Shown: positions 13,501-20,000 of the stretch, in pieces | How positions within the stretch are numbered: position 1 is the first letter of the stretch | Layout: every line of letters begins with the position of its first letter | Virus record (IMG/VR): IMGVR_UViG_3300017763_003721 | DNA: 20,000 bases | DNA from: an uncultured virus (IMG/VR IMGVR_UViG_3300017763_003721) | Taxonomy: Duplodnaviria; Heunggongvirae; Uroviricota; Caudoviricetes | Direction: 5' to 3' (one strand) | Translations under genes and position numbers: made by a program | The notes under the pieces: generated by a model | The model's input: the letters and a program-made list of their open reading frames with translations, nothing else | Told to the model about the DNA's origin: nothing | The model's database searches: none

Positions 13501-16377
13501 GCTAATAGTATCCAAGCAGGATTTGATAGTGGGTATGATTATATTAGATTAACTATCGATAATACTAGAGCAGCGGAAACAGCATTAAGCGGCACTGGAA
13601 CTACTAAAGGTGCAACAGCAGGTGATGTTAGACTAGCACTTCAAGCAGTAGCAGATGCTAACGAGAAATTTAGACTTAACAATAATGCAAGGACACCTGA
13701 AGCATACAGACCAGTAGGTTGGTCAACTTCGACGTTAACTGAAGCTCCAATTATTTCTTGGAAAGGTAAGAAACATTATGTTTACAACTATAGAGGTGTA
13801 ACAGGCGGAGGCGCAGAACAAGTATCAGCTTCAGATGATGTTTACGCTATTGTTGATCTAGCTGAAGTAGGAGAAACAATTAACTCTACTAATGCAACAG
13901 GTATACATGGCACAGTTGTATTGTCAGGGTTAACTAACACTATTAGAGCAGGTTTACAAGCAGGAGCAACAGGTACAGTTACAGTTAACATTTCAACTTG
14001 TAGAGCTACAGGACATGATTTCCTAGATATAGGTACAGGCGGCTTTAATGCATCAAACTATCCAAACTTTATATTTGGACCTCCTGGAGAGAAGAGTGAA
14101 GCTAATGAAGTTGTAGAAAAGAACAAAGGTAGAGTATTCTTTGTAAGTACAGATCAAAATGGTATTTTCAAGGTTGGTAAATTCTTCCAAGTTGACCAAG
14201 GTACTGGTACAGTTACATTTAGTGCAAGTATTGCACTTAGCGATGTTGACGGACTAGGATTTAAACGTGGTGTTGTTATTACTGAATTCTCAACAGATAC
14301 AGCAATGACAGATAATGCTTCAGACACAGTGCCAACCGAAGGTGCTGTACGGGGATATGTAAACAGACGTTTAGGATATGATGTTAATGGTACAGCAGTA
14401 AGTAACAAACTAGGACCAGGCGTACTTGCACCAAATGGTGTTGTACCAATGACGGGTGATTTAAATGCTGCAAGTAATACAATTACAAACTTAAAAGCAC
14501 CGGCACAAGATAGTGATGCTGCAACAAAGGTATATGTTGATAATATTGCTGGTTCTACATCAGTAGAAGATCTAAGAAGTTCTGAATACAATGACTATGC
14601 TTTAGGTAACTTGTTTGTTGCTACAGGCGAAAAGAAACTTATTATAAATGCAGGATCGATTGTAAGTGGACCGTTTGTACAAGGACAAACTATAAGTGGT
14701 AACAACAGTGGCGCCACAGGTACTATTGTTGACTTGAAAACTACAGTAGGTGTTGAAGGTAATGTTATTGAAATAACATACACTCCTGTTACAGGAACAT
14801 TCCAAGACGGATTGCCTGCAGGTAGCGGCGAATCACAAGATGTAGTAAGTGTTGTAGGTGGTGCTCAAGGTACCCTTGTAAAAGGCCCAATTGATGTTTG
14901 GGCAAATGGTATAACAACAGCAAATAGTGATATATCATTTACTCCATCCAGAAATAGAACAATTGTAGGCGGTGTTGTAACTGACAGACATGTAGACCTA
15001 GATGTTCAAATCAAAGTAGGCACTATTGTAAACGCAGATGTCAACGGTGCAGCGCAAATATCACAAAGTAAACTAGCAATGAATTCTGCTAGTACAAGAA
15101 TAAATGCAACAAATATAAGTCAAGCAGACTTGGGCGTTGTTGCTTTTGATAGCGATGTGTTTACTACAACAAATGGTTGGACTACAATATCAGATGGACA
15201 ACTTGATCTTAAGAAAATCAAACGTGTAAGTGACGGCACTGTGCTAGGTAACTGGAGTGGCGACAGCAGTGACAATGACATTGATGAAATATCATTTGCT
15301 ACAGTAGTTTCAGAAGGCGGCGGAATAGGTGATGCTGATTTGACTACAACAATAGCAGTAGGATCAGATCCAGGTGAAGCTGTAATTAAAACAGGCACAG
15401 GAACTTATGCTGTATCAAACGTTACTAAGACAGGTGAAGTAAACAGTATTATTAAAAGTGATCTAAACGGCAGTATACAAGTAAACTCATTAATACTTGG
15501 CGGTGATTCATCATACGAAATATTAGCACTAGATACTACGACAGTTATAATGAAAACACCTGCACAAGGTGAAATACTTAGATCCACAGGTACTACAGGT
15601 GTTAGTGCAAATGGTAAACCAGATTTATTAATTGCAGGTAGTGTTAATATAGACGGAACAGGTGTTGCAGAAAGTGTACTACAAGATGCTTCAAACTTTA
15701 ACGGTGAAGCAGTACTAGGTGTTGACTGGATCTACTCTAGCTTTATTGAAGCACCAGGCGAAAAAGGTGCAGCAAGTACAGCTATAGCAATTGGTGCTAA
15801 TACTGGTAAAACAGCGGCAGGACAAATAGGTATTGTGACAGCGGATAGTGCTACAACATCAAGTGTTGTACCATTTATCTTTAGCAGTAGCGGAGCAGTG
15901 CCAGATGTAACAAATGCATACGATATTGGTAGCTCAACATTTAAATACAAAGACATATATGCTACAACATTCTATGGTACTGCAACCGAAGCTTACTATG
16001 CTGACTTAGCAGAGAATTACTTAGCAGATAGTTTGTATGAGCCAGGCACTGTACTAGTTTTTGGTGGCGAAGAAGAAATTACAACAACAGAGATTAAAGG
16101 CGATAGAAAAGTTGCTGGTATTGTATCTACTAATCCAGCACACTTAATGAACTCAGCATTGTCAGGATTAAATGTTACTGCACTAGCACTACAAGGAAGA
16201 GTGCCTTGTAAAGTAATTGGCAAAGTTGAAAAGGGCGACTTGTTAGTTACTAGTGCAATCGCAGGCTATGCAATTGTTAATAATGATCCTAGTGTAGGTA
16301 CTGTAATTGGTAAGGCTGTAGGATCTAAACAAGATGGTGATCGTGGTATAGTTGAAATTGTGGTAGGTAAACACTAA
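7579..16377 (+). CDS. Giant tail fibre/spike-like virion protein (2932 aa)
   Basis: N-terminal T4 gp9/gp10-like motif (KQNVDIG..NDGTGDSIRESFRKVNENFTELY). Pectin-lyase-like beta-helix segments (SGIYDEDFPIKVPNNVSIRGD; SPYIQ; GNDFTQIND). Helical KCxRD repeats. C-terminal peptidase G2 / intramolecular chaperone-like domain (YADLAE...GIVSTNP...ALQGRVPCKV). Confidence 0.85.
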   Translation: MAKQNVDIGVEGNDGTGDSIRESFRKVNENFTELYAVFGIGGQISFTDLSDTPSTYQGNENKVPAVAGDGSGMNLLQLASNNALDGTIDTIGFDYSVSGKLIIRQLVSKVSNDPIPVLGGPLDAATQPIANVAVTQAAIDTFNAVHNTQYTVSDLVINKAYADSNYQTKDVPGGGIRLADEPSDASAYTITITSLNLGNMIVNNHGLPGSYTGSPFVWTSTGTDPTNVTTGQQYFIRVIDANTLSFHSTSTGAIAGTGRLLMSGGSGTFTIRDAAYDSSLSGNWLNNVALPRKSVVRRQGDTMTGALNLFDHPGELSGKGTPYGPDDLQAVSKLYVDNVAATSDVNIFVTMKGDDTQRFTPDGKQGRAIGYAYKTINAASRKAEEIIISAPPEPGPYMQTLTYNTGVNLSTINTAGITSPISGRTNARTLIINNKEFVAKEVTAYMNATYPDHVGDYNEEDFEKRIEEILDSVSLDSLLGNNANFLSRYAGLTYYASVEGQTLIGTQKTETVAGITYAKNIVKNYILTNTAVPTSYQTQVTQFINGSITPDATADDAIDAKFQIVLDVINNGALNAPQIVDGTTTYKINANNGNFGFLDQANPNNTDVIPGKVIRGKTSGAIGLMVDYKHESGSRAVSIATTDEIELQLLKPIEFIPGEELEYGNVQNETQVVIVVESGIYDEDFPIKVPNNVSIRGDEQRRVIVRPKNRISQSRYADTYFYRDAEFDGMVLGVSEINTLRFETQINSSRTAGTYTVTSANMTTSNIGTGATLTIIIDSNGAVTSATPTVKGKNFVKEELITIEDSQLGSGGAPAINITVDTILNGDVYKNPLTGTFDGYFGYHYLEKPGSLKNIGAGYTNVGNWETSALTFIDNKEFIQEQVVNYIETTYPSLPAGAVYSRAKWFGWTGQIVDAIIKDLRLGGNEFVLQEQGDIYQEGLTSPNLISSVHDEWVAGVAHIYTMANKLLQGQAPSTLYNQSGGTASDRVYAQDLTNGDSAPATWTTGKLYKLQDVVKFTSAGVIRYYVPKLQHTSGVTFDATEIATYWTEIDTIDTTILNFINSVNFAFNTSYNPPKHNRDQDVFLLNDATILRNMTVQGHGGFMGVLDPDGQILTKSPYIQTGSSFAASLNKQAFRGGLYTDAFVGNSAIQVTGRVSNDPFTLNIKSLGSQSQPQGLFVRKPQTPCAFYIDGRRFQVNAITNYDKSLGTAILVLDRSSNSGTGFTGTTSELITGFNLTQVGTFQFEVAKCERDTGYILDAVQFDLALGTNYNAVTNGLAYQRNVVSTYLQSNQKAQTIAAIQVTKAKTAALSSVAGDATALSRSNAAFDEIIDILDNGALGTETAADTITFSAPSALPYAKSVEARTKLQENRTFLGAEAVAFINLNSPAPGYDEVKCARDVRFIIDAITYDINYGGNTASRQAARSYIDDGVAVLAAAEVTPTVNAMNHIKGLLSDIVNGVSFTKSTGNAETQVTAGLTADATTATQLGVLIDIIINVIQASNLNSVPAIVKPSITWATAGLQAAHGAIDTNRALIIRQTVQSVASPIDITLQTAGNRSMLGNDFTQINDLGYGLVAVNGGISEMVSMFTYYCHVSYYSKNGSQIRSLTGSSCYGEFGLVAEGSDPNEIPDAVSLAEDMVMPGKIFSASVILQTTGPVVGVAGETFTQASTGATGVVVISTGANGNSQIYLRDTTGSFDTTNTITGSTTGALGANSVPLSVDATGYTNAAATAYMYVYDMKDVPSNRSEFDIYHTNASPNAVLGRYEVSNVELATPHLGAFNGVGVGGTPPITATQTVAEAGATGARFQVRKTKTDGYTVVIKTPGTDYRENDTFLVTGDKLGGATPANDATITVTQVDAGDSTPSTGAITGASISGTALTTTDDTPTYSGAVYKLNFSTSSAQYAQNGIVASPTHNDLINYRRNETHIFNDLAQPDLLTIRPSTAVLFNENPGNFYRSISFLTSNSLGTTLGANSIQAGFDSGYDYIRLTIDNTRAAETALSGTGTTKGATAGDVRLALQAVADANEKFRLNNNARTPEAYRPVGWSTSTLTEAPIISWKGKKHYVYNYRGVTGGGAEQVSASDDVYAIVDLAEVGETINSTNATGIHGTVVLSGLTNTIRAGLQAGATGTVTVNISTCRATGHDFLDIGTGGFNASNYPNFIFGPPGEKSEANEVVEKNKGRVFFVSTDQNGIFKVGKFFQVDQGTGTVTFSASIALSDVDGLGFKRGVVITEFSTDTAMTDNASDTVPTEGAVRGYVNRRLGYDVNGTAVSNKLGPGVLAPNGVVPMTGDLNAASNTITNLKAPAQDSDAATKVYVDNIAGSTSVEDLRSSEYNDYALGNLFVATGEKKLIINAGSIVSGPFVQGQTISGNNSGATGTIVDLKTTVGVEGNVIEITYTPVTGTFQDGLPAGSGESQDVVSVVGGAQGTLVKGPIDVWANGITTANSDISFTPSRNRTIVGGVVTDRHVDLDVQIKVGTIVNADVNGAAQISQSKLAMNSASTRINATNISQADLGVVAFDSDVFTTTNGWTTISDGQLDLKKIKRVSDGTVLGNWSGDSSDNDIDEISFATVVSEGGGIGDADLTTTIAVGSDPGEAVIKTGTGTYAVSNVTKTGEVNSIIKSDLNGSIQVNSLILGGDSSYEILALDTTTVIMKTPAQGEILRSTGTTGVSANGKPDLLIAGSVNIDGTGVAESVLQDASNFNGEAVLGVDWIYSSFIEAPGEKGAASTAIAIGANTGKTAAGQIGIVTADSATTSSVVPFIFSSSGAVPDVTNAYDIGSSTFKYKDIYATTFYGTATEAYYADLAENYLADSLYEPGTVLVFGGEEEITTTEIKGDRKVAGIVSTNPAHLMNSALSGLNVTALALQGRVPCKVIGKVEKGDLLVTSAIAGYAIVNNDPSVGTVIGKAVGSKQDGDRGIVEIVVGKH

Positions 16378-16544
16378 TGAGCGATAGTCACCAAACATTA
16401 TTAAGTAAACAATATATGAACAAACTTGTAACCGAAGGAGCTTCAAAGGCCGAGGATACTAAAAATCCACAGAAAAGAGAAGTTATTGTTACTGCTGGAA
16501 AAATAAGAATACAAGTTGACAAAGGAAACCTAACAAATGGCTAG
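16377..16544 (+). CDS. Small hypothetical protein, 55 aa
   Basis: Not in ORF track. TAATG overlap with the upstream stop and ATGGCTAG overlap with the downstream start. MSDSHQTLLSKQYMNKLVTEGASKAEDTKNPQKREVIVTAGKIRIQVDKGNLTNG*. Confidence 0.65.
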   Translation: MSDSHQTLLSKQYMNKLVTEGASKAEDTKNPQKREVIVTAGKIRIQVDKGNLTNG

Positions 16545-17856
16545 ACAAACTATTAATATCGGTACAAGTGCTAACAAAGGCGATGGTGATCCTTTACGTG
16601 TTGCATTTACAAAAGCTAATAGTAACTTTAACGAGTTATATGCTGGTAACTTCGTAAGTCCTACTTCATTAGAGAGCAGCTTAATTAGTTCTCAAAATGG
16701 AACACACGATCTAGGAAGTGGCACTAATCAATGGGGTAACTTACATGTAAAAGATTTTATTTACTTAGGTGGTAAAAAATTAAGTATGAGCGGAGGCGGC
16801 GCATTACTTGTTGATAGTGGTGTTGTAGAAGTTCGAGACTTGGTTGGAAGTATATTTGCAGATGACTCTAAAATGATGATGGACGGACTAACAGGTACAC
16901 TGTATGGTCCAATGATTGGTGATGTAACTGGTAGTGTATTTGCAGATGACTCAACTATTATGGTTGATGCTGTAGGTAAATTGTTTGTAGGAAGCTTAGT
17001 AGGAGATGTAACAGGAACAGTTTCAAGTATTGCTAATCATACTACAGCTGACCTAACAGAAGATACTAATTTATATTACACACAAGCAAGAGCTGACGCT
17101 AGAGTTGACGCAGGATTCACTGCAAAATCAACAACAAATTTAAGTGAAGGTACAAATTTATATTACACAGATGCTAGGGCAGATGCTAGAGTACAAAATG
17201 CAATAGTTGATTCAGACACTATGGCAGGCGCAAGTGCAACTAATGTACCATCAGCAGAATCAGTAAAAGCATACGTTGATGCACAAGTACAAAGTAAAGA
17301 TGCACTAAGTGAATTAAGCGGTGATACTGATGACGTAACAGAAGGTACAACTAACTTGTATCATACTACTGCAAGAGTAAATTCTGCAATTGATACAAGA
17401 GTAGATCAAACTTTTGTTAATAGTTTAAACATTACAGCAACAAGCTTTACAGAAACAGATCCAGTAGTAGGTGCAATAACAGGAATAGTTAAAGCAGATG
17501 GTTCCGGAAACATTAGTGCGGCAGTAGCAGGAACAGATTATCTAACAACAGTTGCATTTGCTGATGTTACAGGTAAACCAACCACTATTGCAGGATATGG
17601 AATTACTGATGCATTAGCATTAGGTACAAGTTCTACAACAGCACTTGCAGGCGATACAACTTTTAGTTTTGCAGATATTACAAGTAAACCAACTACACTA
17701 GCAGGTTATGGAATCACAGATGCGGCAACTTCAGCTCAAGGTGCATTAGCGGCAAGTGCATTACAAGCTGAAACTATAACATTAACTACATTAAAAGCAG
17801 AGGTAGCGGCAAGCACCGACTTTGCTGACTTTAAGACAAGAATTGCGGCACTATAA
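16537..17856 (+). CDS. Tail fibre/baseplate-associated protein (439 aa)
   Basis: gp9/gp10-like N-terminus (RQTINIGTSANKGDGDPLRVAFTKANSNFNELY); 2x GS(I/V)FADDS, 3x TNLY(Y/H)T and 2x KPTTxAGYGITDA repeats. Confidence 0.85.
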   Translation: MARQTINIGTSANKGDGDPLRVAFTKANSNFNELYAGNFVSPTSLESSLISSQNGTHDLGSGTNQWGNLHVKDFIYLGGKKLSMSGGGALLVDSGVVEVRDLVGSIFADDSKMMMDGLTGTLYGPMIGDVTGSVFADDSTIMVDAVGKLFVGSLVGDVTGTVSSIANHTTADLTEDTNLYYTQARADARVDAGFTAKSTTNLSEGTNLYYTDARADARVQNAIVDSDTMAGASATNVPSAESVKAYVDAQVQSKDALSELSGDTDDVTEGTTNLYHTTARVNSAIDTRVDQTFVNSLNITATSFTETDPVVGAITGIVKADGSGNISAAVAGTDYLTTVAFADVTGKPTTIAGYGITDALALGTSSTTALAGDTTFSFADITSKPTTLAGYGITDAATSAQGALAASALQAETITLTTLKAEVAASTDFADFKTRIAAL

Positions 17857-17864
17857 TGAGTTAC

Positions 17865-17872
17865 GATAAATA
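17865..17872 (+). promoter_or_regulatory. Late-type promoter GATAAATA
   Basis: In the 39-bp intergenic gap, upstream of AGGA SD and ATG 17896. Confidence 0.65.
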
Positions 17873-17895
17873 TATTAAACAGGACGTAGATAACA

Positions 17896-20000
17896 ATGGC
17901 AAATAGATATCCACTAGTAATTGACACGCTCGATGCGAATAAGATCAAAGAACTCCAAACCGGGGATAATCTAAATCTTGCTGACAACAGTATTGTAGGC
18001 GTACAAAACATTACTGCACTAGGCACGATAGAAGCTGCTGTAATTACAGTTCAAGGCAATAGACTTGTTGCACAAAACTTCTTACAATTATCAGATACAC
18101 CTAATACGTTTACAGGCAATGCAAATAAGTTTGCGGCGGTAAATGCTGCAGGAACAGCCCTTGAATTTCGCCCTTTAAGTGATTTTGGAGCAGTAGGAAT
18201 TACAAGTTTAGATATCACAGGTAACATTACTCCTACAATCAACAACAATTCACTACTTGGCAGTAATACAAATAAATTTAACAGTGTATGGGCTAGTAGT
18301 TTATACGGTGACTTAAAAGATTACAATGGTACACTAATTTTTAATGCTACCACAGGTAAAATTGCGTATGCAGCTATACAAGGTGCTCCTACAAATATAT
18401 CAGAATTTACAAACGATGTTGGGTTTGCTACAACTGCAGGAATTAATCAATACATAAATGATTACTTTAGTGGTGCTACTGGAAACTCATTACAAGCTGA
18501 CTTAACTGGCAGTGTGTTTGCAGATGATTCTACTGTAATGATAGATGCAGTAGCAGGTAAAATTGTAGGCGATATACACTATCCAACAATAGGTTCTATT
18601 ACAGCAGGAACTAAAGTTCAACTAGGAACAACAGAATTAACAAGCACATTTACTCCACCTACAACTAATACAGGAGAAATTGGTACTTCGGCTTTACGTT
18701 TTGGTACAGGTTATTTCCAAAATATTAATGCTAGCGGAAACATAACAGCATCTACGTTCAATGGTACGTTAAATGGTATACTAATTGGTGATCAAATTGG
18801 TAGTGTGTTTGGAGATGATTCAACACTACTAGTCGACGCAGTTAGTGGCGTACACTATGGCGCACTGGTAGGCGATGTAACTGGTTCAGTATTTGCAGAT
18901 GACTCAGGTGTAATTATAGACGGAATAAATGCTAAAGTTGTTGGTGTAGTTGATACAACAAGCTTACGCACAAGTGAATCTGCTATTGCACTAGGTAAAA
19001 ATGCAGGTAAAACATCACACGGTACACGAGCAATAGCAATCGGTGAAGACGCAGGCGAAACTAGTCAAGGTGGTAATGCAATTGGTATTGGTACTGACGC
19101 TGGTAAATCAGCACAAGGTTCAGCTTCAATAGCAATTGGTGCTAGTGCCGGACAAACAAACCTAGGTCCAAACTCAATAGCAATTGGTACTAGTGCCGGT
19201 ACAGCTAATCAAGCAGCAGGTAGTATTGTTATAAATGCTTCAGGAACTGCATTGGAGAATACAACATCAGGTAGTTTTGTTGTCAAACCAATTAGAGGTG
19301 CATCAAATGCTAACTACTTAAAATACAATGCCGGTACAGGTGAAATCACATATGAAGCAGCTGCGGAAGGTGTGTTTACTGGAGATTTAACTGGTTCTGT
19401 TTTTGCAGATGATTCAACACTACTAGTTGATGTTGTTGGTGCAAGACTTAACTTTGCTAACAACGTGCTAGCTGATCTTTCTAATGTAAGTGGTAACTCA
19501 CCAGGCGTAGGACAAGTTCTAAAATGGGATGGCGCACAGTGGGCACCAGCAGCAGACGCAACATCAGGTGGTGGCGGGCTTGATGCTGATACACTCAATG
19601 GACAAAATGGTGCATACTATTTAAATTGGGGCAACTTTGCAAGTACACCTACTACATTAGCAGGATACGGAATTACTGATGCTGCTACAGCTACAAGCAC
19701 AACTGAATTTACAAACAAAACCGGTAATATTAGTCAATGGACTAATGATTCTAATTACTTAACATCAGTTCCAGCACAGTCATTTGCTTCATTAACTAGC
19801 AAACCAACTACAGTAGCAGGTTATGGAATAACTGATGCATTTGATGGTGCATATGGTTCACTTAGCGGTACTCCTGTTATACCTTCAGGCAATCAAATTA
19901 TAGATTGGACAGCTGCAAGTGCAGGAACTATTCATGCTAGTAATTACACAAATACAGTTTATGCCGATAGTGATGTTGACACGCATTTAAATCAAGCCAA
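17896..20000 (+). CDS. Tail fibre protein with YadA-head-like repeats, 3'-partial
   Basis: Not in ORF track; read manually and open to the window end (MANRYPLVIDTLDANKIKELQTGDNLNL...). Has 4x GSVF(A/G)DDS, about six 16-aa AIAIG repeats, GQVLKWDGAQW, LDADTLNG and 2x PTTxAGYGITDA. Confidence 0.88.
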   Translation, partial: MANRYPLVIDTLDANKIKELQTGDNLNLADNSIVGVQNITALGTIEAAVITVQGNRLVAQNFLQLSDTPNTFTGNANKFAAVNAAGTALEFRPLSDFGAVGITSLDITGNITPTINNNSLLGSNTNKFNSVWASSLYGDLKDYNGTLIFNATTGKIAYAAIQGAPTNISEFTNDVGFATTAGINQYINDYFSGATGNSLQADLTGSVFADDSTVMIDAVAGKIVGDIHYPTIGSITAGTKVQLGTTELTSTFTPPTTNTGEIGTSALRFGTGYFQNINASGNITASTFNGTLNGILIGDQIGSVFGDDSTLLVDAVSGVHYGALVGDVTGSVFADDSGVIIDGINAKVVGVVDTTSLRTSESAIALGKNAGKTSHGTRAIAIGEDAGETSQGGNAIGIGTDAGKSAQGSASIAIGASAGQTNLGPNSIAIGTSAGTANQAAGSIVINASGTALENTTSGSFVVKPIRGASNANYLKYNAGTGEITYEAAAEGVFTGDLTGSVFADDSTLLVDVVGARLNFANNVLADLSNVSGNSPGVGQVLKWDGAQWAPAADATSGGGGLDADTLNGQNGAYYLNWGNFASTPTTLAGYGITDAATATSTTEFTNKTGNISQWTNDSNYLTSVPAQSFASLTSKPTTVAGYGITDAFDGAYGSLSGTPVIPSGNQIIDWTAASAGTIHASNYTNTVYADSDVDTHLNQA
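18979..19245 (+). repeat. Tandem 16-aa (48-nt) YadA/Hep-Hag-like repeats
   Basis: SAIALGKNAGKTSHG / TRAIAIGEDAGETSQG / GNAIGIGTDAGKSAQG / SASIAIGASAGQTNLG / PNSIAIGTSAGTANQA / AGSIVINASG. Confidence 0.8.

Noticed and set aside
8511..19598. Numerous short minus-strand ORFs within the fibre genes
   Set aside because: Antisense shadows of long Thr/Gly/Ala-rich coding frames.
16830..19850. Possible diversity-generating retroelement TR/VR pair or CRISPR array among the repeats
   Set aside because: Repeats are in-frame protein motifs with synonymous-type divergence, not adenine-specific. No reverse transcriptase or regularly spaced identical repeats are present in the window.

Overview
AT-rich window from a large T4-like (myovirus-type) bacteriophage genome, probably aquatic or marine. 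Both ends carry tail-fibre/baseplate-type structural genes: a partial minus-strand gene at <1-1583, a 2932-aa giant at 7579-16377, a 439-aa gene, and a partial gene at 17896->20000. These share short repeated modules. The centre holds an accessory island (MptE/GT42-like protein, queD, GT-A glycosyltransferase, four tRNAs, 2OG-Fe(II) oxygenase, uvsE, small hypotheticals, IscA/HesB) driven by near-consensus sigma70 promoters and TAAATA-type late promoters. The stand-out observation is a complete ribosome-mediated transcription attenuator (promoter, 21-aa leader ORF, antiterminator, intrinsic terminator) directly upstream of the tRNA array. Its four consecutive control codons ATA-TGG-TGC-CCA are the exact cognates of the four downstream tRNAs (Ile2-CAT, Trp-CCA, Cys-GCA, Pro-TGG). 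This suggests the phage senses shortage of these tRNAs and switches on its own replacements.
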